Below, one piece after another: positions 9,511 through 17,695 of a stretch of DNA of 64,000 nt. The notes under the pieces are model-generated. The model saw only the letters and a list, made by a program, of their open reading frames with translations. It searched no databases and was not told the origin of the DNA. This DNA is from Alphaproteobacteria bacterium (GTDB taxonomy: Bacteria; Pseudomonadota; Alphaproteobacteria; UBA7887). Position 1 is the first letter of the stretch; each line of letters begins with the position of its first letter. Both the position numbers and the translations under genes were made by a program. Location: positions 1,059,219 to 1,123,218 of the forward strand of contig CBDEUQ010000003.1 of the NCBI GenBank assembly GCA_965243325.1, in the 5' to 3' direction.

Positions 9511-10496
9511 CGCGGCCCGGTTCGGCGCCGCGGCGCGCGCTCGCCGCCGCCGCGCTCGCCGCGGCCACCCTCCTGTCGCAGACGCCCGCGGTCGGGACGG
9601 CGAACGCCGCGCCGGCGCTGCTGACCGACGGGGCGGCGGCGGGCGGGCGCGCCATCGTCGTCGGCGAGCGCGGCCACGTGCTGTTCTCGGACGACGCCGG
9701 CGCGTCGTGGACGCGGGCGCGGGTGCCCGCGCGGGCGCTGCTCACCGCGGTGCACATGCACGACGCGAGGCTCGGCTGGGCGGTCGGCCACGACGCCGCC
9801 GTGCTGCGCACGGACGACGGCGGCGCCACGTGGCGCCTTGTTCACCACGCTCCGGAGATGCACCTGCCGCTGCTCGACGTCTGGTTCCGCGACGCCGACG
9901 CCGGCTTCGCCGTCGGCGCCTTCGGCCTCTTCCTCGCCAGCGCCGACGGCGGCGAGAGCTGGACCTGCCGCAACGGCTGCGACGAGGCGGAGGAGCCGCC
10001 GCTGCTGCTGACGCCCGGCAACGACTGGGCGGACGACTTCCACCTCAACGCCATCGCTCCCGCCAGCGGCGGCCGCGTATACCTCGCCGGCGAGGCGGGC
10101 GCGCTGTACCGCTCCGACGACGACGGCGCGACGTGGCGGGCGCTGTCCTCGCCGTACCACGGCTCGTGGTTCGCCGCCCTGGCGACCGACGCCGACACGG
10201 TGCTCGTCGCCGGGCTGCGCGGCCACCTGTTCCGCTCCGCCGACGCCGGCCTGAGCTGGGCGCAGGTCGCCACCGGCACGACGGCGACGCTGGCCGGCGC
10301 GGCGCGCAGCGAAGCCGGCGCGATCGTCGTCGTCGGCCTCGCCGGAGCCGTCTTCGTCAGCCGCGACGGCGGCCACAGCGTCGAGGCGCGGTCGCTGCCG
10401 ACGCGGCAGGGGCTGTCCGGCGCGCTGGCGGTTCCCGGCGGCGGCGTGGTCCTGCTGGGCGAGTCGGGTATCTCGCCGCTTCCCGGCGTCGAGTAG
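9507..10496 (+). CDS. YCF48/BNR-repeat beta-propeller protein (start uncertain)
   Basis: Repeated S/T-x-D-G-G-x-T/S-W Asp boxes, VGERGHVL, GWAVGHDAAVL; reading frame opens at CTG overlapping upstream TGA. Confidence 0.85.
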   Translation: MTRPGSAPRRALAAAALAAATLLSQTPAVGTANAAPALLTDGAAAGGRAIVVGERGHVLFSDDAGASWTRARVPARALLTAVHMHDARLGWAVGHDAAVLRTDDGGATWRLVHHAPEMHLPLLDVWFRDADAGFAVGAFGLFLASADGGESWTCRNGCDEAEEPPLLLTPGNDWADDFHLNAIAPASGGRVYLAGEAGALYRSDDDGATWRALSSPYHGSWFAALATDADTVLVAGLRGHLFRSADAGLSWAQVATGTTATLAGAARSEAGAIVVVGLAGAVFVSRDGGHSVEARSLPTRQGLSGALAVPGGGVVLLGESGISPLPGVE

Positions 10497-10501
10497 GCGC
10501 G

Positions 10502-12859
10502 GTGGCGGCGGGCGCATTGGGCGTGGCCGGCGCCGTCGACCGGCTGGTGTTCGGCCGCAGACGGCTGACGCTCGCCTTCTTCGCCGCCGTCACCCTGGCG
10601 ATGGGGTGGCTCGCGTCCGATCTCAGGGTCGACGCCGGCTTCACCAAGCTGCTGCCGGTCGAGCACGAGTACATGGAGACCTTTCTCCAGTACCGCGACG
10701 CCTTCGGCGGCGCCGACCGCGTGGCCGTCGCCGTGGTGGCGCGCGACGGCGACATGTTCACGCCCGAGTTCTTCGCGCTGCTGGGCGAGGTGACGGACTC
10801 GGTGTTCTTCCTTCCCGGGGTCGACCGGACGCAGGTCTACTCGGTGCTGACGCCGAACGTGCGCTACATCGAGGTCGTCGAGGACGGGGTGGTCAGCGGC
10901 GACGTGCTGCCGGCCGACTTCGAGCCGACTGCGGAAGGTCTTGCGCGGGTGCGCGAGAACATCGTCAAGGCCGGCATCGTCGGGCGGCTGGTGGCCAACG
11001 ACTTCTCCGGCGCCCTGGTCAGCGCCAAGCTGCAGGAGTTCGACCCCAACACCGGCGAGCGGCTGGACTATCTCGCGGTCGCCGACGAGCTCGAGCGCAT
11101 CCGCGGCGCGGCGGCGGCGCGCGAAGGCATGGACGCCTTCGCCGACATGCACGTCATCGGCTTCGCCAAGGTGGTCGGCGACATTGCCGCGGGCGCCGTG
11201 CGCGTGGTGCTGTTCTTTGCCGTCACCTTCGCCATCACGGCGGCGTTCGTGTGGGCGTTCACGCGCTCGCTGCGCCTGACGGTGATGCCGCTCGCGTGCG
11301 CGCTCGTCGCCATGGTCTGGCAGCTCGGGGCGCTCGCCGGACTCGGCTACGGCATCGACCCGATGTCGATCCTGGTGCCGTTCCTCGTGTTCGCGATCGG
11401 CGTCAGCCACGGCGTGCAGATGGTCAGCGCGGTGCGCGCCGAGGCGCTCGGCGGCGCGACGCCGCTGGCGGCGGCGCGGACGAGCCTGCGCCGCCTGCTG
11501 CTGCCGGGGGCGGTGGCGCTGGCGTCCGACACGGTGGGCTTCGTCACCATCTCGCTCATCGCGGTGCCCGTGATCCAGGAGATCGCGGTCGCCGCCAGCC
11601 TCGGCGTCGCCGCCATCATCCTCACCAACCTCGGCCTGCTGCCGGTGCTGCTGTCGTGGGTGGGGACCGACGACCGCGCCCGCGACGCCGCGCGCGCCCG
11701 CGACCGGCGCCTCGCGCGCCTGTGGGGGCGGCTCGCGGGGGTTGCCCGGCGCGGCCCGGCGCTGGCGGCGATCGTCGCGGCGGCGGCGCTGATCGTCGTC
11801 GGCGCCGTCTACGCGCCGCAGGTGCGTATCGGCGACCAGCACCACGGGGTGCCGGAGCTGCGCCCCGCCTCGGTCTACAATCTCGATACCGCGGCGATCG
11901 CCGAGCGCTTCGAGATCGGCGTCGACGTGTTCACGGTCATCGCCGAGACGAAGCCGGAAGGCTGCATCGACTACGACGTGATGGACACGCTCGACCGCTT
12001 CGAGTGGCACATGCGCAACGTGGACGGCGTGCAGTCGGTGGCCGCGCTGACCGGAGTCGTCCGCGCCATCGCCTCAGGCTTGAAGGAAGGCAGCCTCAAG
12101 TGGCGCACGGTGCCGCGCGACCCGTACGTGCTGGCGCAGACCGGCACCTACGTGCCGACGAGCAGCGGCCTGCTCAACGCCGACTGCAGCGCCATGCCGG
12201 TGATGGTCTATACCGCCGACCACAAGGCCGAGACGATCGAGCGCGTCGTCGACGCGGTCAAGGCGTTCAACGCCGCGAACGACAACCCCGACATCGTCTT
12301 CCGCCTCGCCGCCGGCAACGTCGGAGTCATGGCGGCGACGAACGAGGAGGTGGCGGCGGCGCAGTTCCCGATCCTCGGCTACGTCTACGCCGCCGTCATC
12401 GTCCTGTGCCTCGTCTCGTTCCGCTCGCTGGCGGCGACGGTGTGCATCGTCGTCCCGCTCGCGGCGGTGTCGCTGCTGGCCTACGCGCTGATGGCGGCGC
12501 TGGAGATCGGGCTCAAGGTCTCGACGCTGCCCGTCGTCGCGCTCGGCATCGGCATCGGCGTCGACTACGGCATCTACATATACGGACGCCTGCGGCTGTA
12601 TCTCGAGGAGGGGCTCGACTTCGCCACCGCCTACGTGCGCACCCTCGCCACTGCCGGCGCCGCGGTGGTGCTCACCGGGCTCACCCTCGCCGCCGGGGTG
12701 GCGACGTGGATCGTGGCGCCGCTCCAGCTTCAGGCCGACGTGGGCACGGTGCTGACGTTCATGTTCCTCGTCAACATGGTCGGCGCCATCGTGCTGCTGC
12801 CGGCGCTCGGCGCCTGGCTCATCGCGCCCGGGCGGGGGAAGGCGCGGACCCGGCGGTGA
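10502..12859 (+). CDS. RND/MMPL-family transporter
   Basis: Two TM bundles with FAIGVSHGVQM and LGIGIGVDYGIY motifs; fourth gene of the DUF1302/DUF1329/YCF48/RND operon. Confidence 0.92.
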   Translation: MAAGALGVAGAVDRLVFGRRRLTLAFFAAVTLAMGWLASDLRVDAGFTKLLPVEHEYMETFLQYRDAFGGADRVAVAVVARDGDMFTPEFFALLGEVTDSVFFLPGVDRTQVYSVLTPNVRYIEVVEDGVVSGDVLPADFEPTAEGLARVRENIVKAGIVGRLVANDFSGALVSAKLQEFDPNTGERLDYLAVADELERIRGAAAAREGMDAFADMHVIGFAKVVGDIAAGAVRVVLFFAVTFAITAAFVWAFTRSLRLTVMPLACALVAMVWQLGALAGLGYGIDPMSILVPFLVFAIGVSHGVQMVSAVRAEALGGATPLAAARTSLRRLLLPGAVALASDTVGFVTISLIAVPVIQEIAVAASLGVAAIILTNLGLLPVLLSWVGTDDRARDAARARDRRLARLWGRLAGVARRGPALAAIVAAAALIVVGAVYAPQVRIGDQHHGVPELRPASVYNLDTAAIAERFEIGVDVFTVIAETKPEGCIDYDVMDTLDRFEWHMRNVDGVQSVAALTGVVRAIASGLKEGSLKWRTVPRDPYVLAQTGTYVPTSSGLLNADCSAMPVMVYTADHKAETIERVVDAVKAFNAANDNPDIVFRLAAGNVGVMAATNEEVAAAQFPILGYVYAAVIVLCLVSFRSLAATVCIVVPLAAVSLLAYALMAALEIGLKVSTLPVVALGIGIGVDYGIYIYGRLRLYLEEGLDFATAYVRTLATAGAAVVLTGLTLAAGVATWIVAPLQLQADVGTVLTFMFLVNMVGAIVLLPALGAWLIAPGRGKARTRR

Positions 12860-12882
12860 GCCGCCCGGTGCCGCCGTTGTCA

Positions 12883-12918
12883 TGACCAGTCTGACCAGTC
12901 TGACCAGTCTGACCAGTT
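12883..12918 (+). repeat. 4 x 9-bp tandem repeat TGACCAGTC/T
   Basis: TGACCAGTC x3 plus TGACCAGTT, ending 11 bp before the antitoxin ATG. Confidence 0.9.
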
Positions 12919-12929
12919 AGACCGCGGCC

Positions 12930-13208
12930 ATGGCGCTCGAGTACTCGATCCACGAAGCGAAGGCGCGTTTTTCCGAGGTCATCCGGCACGTACGCGCGGG
13001 CCGGACCGTCACCGTCCGCTACCGGGGGGAGCCGGTGGCGGAGATACGCCCGATCGAACGGCAGCCGGCGCCGACGCTCGACGAGCGGCTCGGCGACCTC
13101 GAACGCGACGGCGTCCTGATCCGCCCGGCGCGTCCCAGACAGGCGCTCGAACCGGTCGCCCGCCGGCGCGGCGCGTTGTCGCGGTTGCTCGCCGAACGCG
13201 GCGAATGA
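12930..13208 (+). CDS. Phd/YefM-family antitoxin
   Basis: YSIHEAKARFSEVIRHVRAGRTVTVRYRGEPVAEIRPI. Confidence 0.9.
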   Translation: MALEYSIHEAKARFSEVIRHVRAGRTVTVRYRGEPVAEIRPIERQPAPTLDERLGDLERDGVLIRPARPRQALEPVARRRGALSRLLAERGE

Positions 13209-13606
13209 GCGTCGCGTAGGTCGACACCTCGGCGCTCGCGGCCATCGCCTTCGACGAACCCGGTGCGGCGGCATACGCGCACCGGCTGGACGGATTCTCC
13301 CGCCTCATCTCTTCCAACCTGCTCGAAGCCGAGTTGCGGGCGGCGTGCGCGCGCGAGGATCTGCTGTTCCGAGAGAGCGCGATCGCCGGGATCGAATGGA
13401 TCCTGCCGGACAGGACGCTCGCTCGCGAATTCGCGGCCGTGCTCGGCGCGGGGGCGCTGCGCGGCGCCGACCTGTGGCATGTCGCGGCGGCCCTCTACGT
13501 CGCCCCGCGGCCGGCCGGCCTCGCGTTCGCCACGCTGGACGCCCGGCAGGCCGCCGTCGCCTCGGCGTTGGGCTTTCCCCTTCCGTGGGAGTCGGGCGAG
13601 GCGTGA
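13205..13606 (+). pseudogene. vapC: PIN-domain VapC toxin with in-frame TAG at codon 5
   Basis: ATGA overlap with antitoxin; MSVA*VDTSAL..EAEL..LRGADLWHVAAALY..FATLDARQ; TAG at 13217-13219. Confidence 0.85.
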
Positions 13607-13747
13607 ACGGCCGTTCGGCCCGCCGTCCCGCTCAGTCTGAGCGCGCTCCCGGGAAGCCGGCCTCGATCCACCGGATGCCGCCCATGCGGGCCGGCGGGTT
13701 GACGCACGCGGCGGGGTAGCGGCGCACCTTTTCGACGACGTTGCGGC
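13603..13747. repeat. Imperfect ~145-bp direct repeat, copy 1 (degenerate 3' end of the SBP gene)
   Basis: Aligns to 15939-16082; minus strand encodes VEKVRRYPAACVNPPARMGGIRWIEAGFPGARSD vs VENVRHYPAECVNPPAHMDGIPWIEAGFPGAVCD. Confidence 0.9.
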
Positions 13748-13819
13748 GGCACTCCACACAGCGGCGCGCGTGAACGACGACGCATCGGTCTCCGCCTGCT
13801 GCCCGAGCGAAGCCTCTCG

Positions 13820-14425
13820 TCATGTCGCCTTCTCTCGCAACGTGTCGATCAGGCGCTCGGCGTGGGGCGACGCAGCGAGAACCTTGGCGGGGTCGGTCCG
13901 CTCCAGGACGGCGAAGGAGTGACGCCCCTTGCCGTATTCGCCCTTCGAGCACCGGCGCGTAGCGTTTCTCAGCCCGCTGTGCACATCGTCCTTCGCAACC
14001 TGCTCGACCTCTTCCCGGCGCGGGAGAGCGTTGCGGTTGAAGCCGCGTCCGAAGTACCCGGCGAGGCCGTCTGCGTCGGCGAGGAACCATGCCTCCATGC
14101 ATTCAACCATCAGGTGGGCGTGTTCGTCCGCCGCCTCGCGGGGCTTTTCCCAGCCGTCGCGCCCCGCCAGATGCCGCCAGGGGCCGGCGCCGTCCGCCAC
14201 GGGAGCTTCGCTGTCGACCAGCAGCACGACGAATTCCCCGGCTTTCCTCGCACCGAACGCGGTCCGGAACTTGTCGAAGGCGGTTTCCCTGCTGCCGCAC
14301 GCGACGATACGCGGCATCCGTCCGGCAAGGCTCGCTTTCTCGAAGAAGGCGCTGAAGCCCTTGCGGCACCTCGTCCGCAAGTCCCGGCCGTCGCCTCCTC
14401 CCTCGACGTAGATCCTGACCTTCAC
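13820..14425 (-). CDS. DUF4276-family (TOPRIM-like) protein
   Basis: RIYVEGGGD, LLVDSEAPV, HLMVECMEAWFLAD, YGKGRHS; GTG start overlaps ATPase TGA. Confidence 0.8.
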   Translation of the reverse strand: MKVRIYVEGGGDGRDLRTRCRKGFSAFFEKASLAGRMPRIVACGSRETAFDKFRTAFGARKAGEFVVLLVDSEAPVADGAGPWRHLAGRDGWEKPREAADEHAHLMVECMEAWFLADADGLAGYFGRGFNRNALPRREEVEQVAKDDVHSGLRNATRRCSKGEYGKGRHSFAVLERTDPAKVLAASPHAERLIDTLREKAT

Positions 14426-15612
14426 CAGCGGGTCCCCCCGATCTCGCCGGAGGTCCACAGCTCGCCGAGCCGGTACTTCTCGAGCCAGTGGGCGAGGTCG
14501 TCTCCGTTCAAACGCCTGAGCGTCGTCTGACCGTTCTCCTTCTCGCAGACGACGATGCTCTCGGGCGTCTCCGTCAGCGCGTCCACGAGCGCGTCCGAAT
14601 GCGTGGTGACGACGATCTGGCACCGTGCGGAGGCGTCCCGAAGCAGGTCGGCGAGGCCCGGAAGAACGTCGGGATGCAGACCGAGCTCCGGTTCCTCGAT
14701 ACAGATCAGCGGCGGCATGGCGGGGTCGCACAAGACGGCGAGCAGGCACAGGTAGCGGAGAGTGCCGTCGGACAGCCGCGTGGCCGGAATCGGGAGGTTG
14801 CCCTCCTTGAGAAACACTTGAACGCTGCCGGCCTGGATCTGCACGTAGTAGTCGTCGATGCCGCGATACAGGTTTCGAAGCGCAGCGAGAAGTTTCTCCT
14901 TCGCCGCCGAATCGCCCTCAATGCGGTTCAGAACTAAGCCGAGGTTCCGACTGTCTTCCGCAAGCGAGCCGTTCGGGAGGTCGGCTTTCTGGGGCAACCG
15001 CGGCGGCGTGTTCCGGCCGAACGACCACTCGCGATAGAAGCGAATACGTTCGAGTCGATGGCCAAGCGACGTGAGTTCGGGATACTGAAACGGATCCTTG
15101 AACTGCGACAGGATCGATCGGTCGGGTCTGATTTCCGCGCCAGGCGGCTCGCGTCGACCTTGCGTTCCATTTTCGTCGCGGTAGGCCAAGACGGTCTTGC
15201 TGTACCGACGCTCCAGGTAACGGTCCGTGCCGTCTTCCTCCTCTCCGGTTCGCGTAACGTCTCCGATTTCCTCAATGATTTCGACCTCTCCGAACAAAGA
15301 CGGGCCGAACGCGAGAGAATAGCGAAGCGGTCGGTCGCCATGGCCGACGAAGGGGTGTCCCACGACCACTTCCACGCGCCCACACGCCATGGGGGGCTCG
15401 CCGCGCCAGATCCAGTTCTCGGCCCCGCCTCCTTCGCGTATCGGCGCCGTGACGTCGTTCGGTGCTGCCCGCAGCAGGCCGATCGCTTCGATGACATTCG
15501 ATTTACCCGACCCGTTGGGACCGATCAGGACGTTGAGAGGCAGGAGCTCGAGCTCCTGGGCGTCGGGCCCGAACGAAAGTATGTTTTCGAGCTTGATGCG
15601 GTGCATGAACAT
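14422..15612 (-). CDS. ABC-type ATPase (AAA_21/AAA_15-like)
   Basis: Walker A GPNGSGKS, signature LSDGTLRYL, Walker B/D-loop IEEPELGLHPD, H-loop TTHS. Confidence 0.93.
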   Translation of the reverse strand: MFMHRIKLENILSFGPDAQELELLPLNVLIGPNGSGKSNVIEAIGLLRAAPNDVTAPIREGGGAENWIWRGEPPMACGRVEVVVGHPFVGHGDRPLRYSLAFGPSLFGEVEIIEEIGDVTRTGEEEDGTDRYLERRYSKTVLAYRDENGTQGRREPPGAEIRPDRSILSQFKDPFQYPELTSLGHRLERIRFYREWSFGRNTPPRLPQKADLPNGSLAEDSRNLGLVLNRIEGDSAAKEKLLAALRNLYRGIDDYYVQIQAGSVQVFLKEGNLPIPATRLSDGTLRYLCLLAVLCDPAMPPLICIEEPELGLHPDVLPGLADLLRDASARCQIVVTTHSDALVDALTETPESIVVCEKENGQTTLRRLNGDDLAHWLEKYRLGELWTSGEIGGTRW

Positions 15613-15938
15613 CGCGTGACTCCTGGCGGACGGCGGCGAGTCCCCGCGCGGGCGGCGGCCCGCAGGCCAAGAGTACCGCGTCTTGCCTCCGTGCCACCAA
15701 CGCCCCGCCGCGCAGCGGCCTGCCTGTTCGAAACCGCGGAGTCCCTGCCGCCGCCGTTCGCGTCCACCCGTCTTCGCCTTTGCGCACCGGCTCTTCGACG
15801 AGCGGGCCGGCTCGGCAAGCCGGCGCCGACGGCGCGGCATATCCCGCCCCGCGTCTCCCCCGCGCGGCGGAGGAAGACCGGGTCGCCATCCGGGGACGGA
15901 CGGCGCCTTACCTCACCGAGCCCCGATCGAGCTTTCCC

Positions 15939-16082
15939 GTGAACGGCCGCGGCGGCGCCGTGCCGCTCAGTCGCACACGGCTCCCGGGAAGCCGGCCTCG
16001 ATCCACGGAATGCCGTCCATGTGGGCCGGCGGGTTGACGCACTCGGCGGGGTAGTGGCGCACGTTCTCGACGGTGATGCGGC
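15939..16082. repeat. Imperfect ~145-bp direct repeat, copy 2 (intact SBP gene 3' end)
   Basis: Partner of 13603-13747. Confidence 0.9.
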
Positions 16083-17277
16083 CGAGGTCCTCGTCCCAGC
16101 GGGTGAGGCCGATGGCGTTGGCCTGAATCCCCTGATGGCCGTCGGCGAGCGCCATCCTGACCGGCCCCGAGGGGCTGTCCCACTCGAGCCCGGCGAAGGC
16201 GGCGATCACCTGCTCCTCGTCCGGGAAGCCGCCGGCAAGGGCGGCCGCGGTGTCGTAGGCCTTCTTGAGGCCGAGGAGCGCCATGGTGAACTTGTAGACC
16301 GGGTGGCTCGCCGGGGCGTCGTAGCGCTCGGCGTAGCCGGCGCGCAGCCAGCGGTTGAGCACGCTGTCGGGCGCGAAGTCGCCGTGCGGCCCGCGGGCGC
16401 CGATCACCGTGCCGTCCGGCAGCCGGTCGCCGATGCGCGGGAGAATATGCTCGCCCGCGCTCAGCACCACCCTGGAACGCTCGAACAGGCCGCGCCCCGC
16501 GCCCTGGTTGATGAGCGCCTCAAGGTCGGCGCCCCAGAAGCTCGTGTGGATGATGTCGGGCCGCCGCGCCAGCAGGGTCGAAATCTCGGCCCCGAACTGG
16601 CCCGCGAAGAGCTTGGGGAACTGCGCGTCGACGATCTCCACCTCGTCGTTGAGCGTCTCCATGGAGGCGACGAAGTCGTTCCACGAATCCTGCCCCCAGG
16701 CGTAGTTCTGGTTGAGCCCGGCGACGGTCCTCAGGTCGGGGAACATCTCGGCCAGGTAGCGGGCGGCGGCGACGTTGTCCATGACCGCGTGCGGGCCGGT
16801 GCGGAAGACGTAGTGGTAGCTCGCCTCCTCGAACACGCGCGGCGTGCCGCAGTCGACAAGAACGGTGAGAACCCTGAGCTCCTCGGCGGTCTGCGGGATG
16901 GCCAGACAGTCGCCGCTCGAGATGTAGCCCATCACCACGTCGACGCCGCGCCGCTGCACGAGGTTGCGCAGCTCCGCCACCTGCTTCACCGCGCCGCCCG
17001 CCTCGTCGACGTAGACGGGAACGATCCGCGCGCCGGCGAGGCCGACGCTGTCGAACGGCGCCGGCACGGCGCCGGCGTTTATGGCGTCGATCGTGTATTC
17101 GGCGCCGTTGCGCGCCGGGATGCCGAAGTGCACCGCCGCCGGCCCCGAGAGGAAGCTGACGATGGCGACGGTCAACTCGCGACCGTCCTCGGCCGCGGCC
17201 GCGCCGGGCAGCGCCGCCGCCAGTATCGCGAACGCCGCCACAGCCGGCGTTCTCCGCACGGTCTTCCAGGCAATCAT
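15967..17277 (-). CDS. ABC transporter substrate-binding protein (LivK-like)
   Basis: Signal peptide; SFLSGPAA, GYISSGDCLAI, YVFRTG, NYAWGQDSW. Confidence 0.9.
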   Translation of the reverse strand: MIAWKTVRRTPAVAAFAILAAALPGAAAAEDGRELTVAIVSFLSGPAAVHFGIPARNGAEYTIDAINAGAVPAPFDSVGLAGARIVPVYVDEAGGAVKQVAELRNLVQRRGVDVVMGYISSGDCLAIPQTAEELRVLTVLVDCGTPRVFEEASYHYVFRTGPHAVMDNVAAARYLAEMFPDLRTVAGLNQNYAWGQDSWNDFVASMETLNDEVEIVDAQFPKLFAGQFGAEISTLLARRPDIIHTSFWGADLEALINQGAGRGLFERSRVVLSAGEHILPRIGDRLPDGTVIGARGPHGDFAPDSVLNRWLRAGYAERYDAPASHPVYKFTMALLGLKKAYDTAAALAGGFPDEEQVIAAFAGLEWDSPSGPVRMALADGHQGIQANAIGLTRWDEDLGRITVENVRHYPAECVNPPAHMDGIPWIEAGFPGAVCD

Positions 17278-17469
17278 TCCTCGTCTCCTTCCATGTCCGG
17301 CGCCGGCCGGTCCGACCAGGCGACACGGCCGGGCAGCACATGCGGCGCGCGCGTCCCGCCGCGAACGATCGGCTCGCCCATCGTGCCGCCCTCTCCGTCG
17401 CGTCCGGCACCATAGCGCCCGCGAGGGCGCGGCGGAACACGGTCCTCGCGGGCGCGGCGAGCATGACGC

Positions 17470-17617
17470 CTGATCACGCGCGCGCAGCCGTCGATATGTC
17501 GTCGTGGGGCTGCATGCGCCCAGCAACCGCCTGACCGCGCGTGCGCAGCCGTGGATATGTCGTCGTGGGGTTGCAGGCGCCCAGGAACCGCTTGACCGCG
17601 CGCGCGCAGCCGTGGAA
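17470..17617 (+). repeat. 61-bp tandem repeat, ~2.4 copies
   Basis: GCGCAGCCGT recurs at 17482, 17543 and 17604; first two units nearly identical. Confidence 0.85.
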
Positions 17618-17695
17618 TATCGGCCGCCGTTCCGCTTCCGGCGGGCGAGCACCGACTCTTCAGTAGAATCAGGAAAAGGGGGCGTGGGTAATACG

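Noticed and set aside
17470-17620. 61-bp repeat as a second CRISPR array
   Set aside because: Entire unit is conserved with no variable spacer and no similarity to the array repeat
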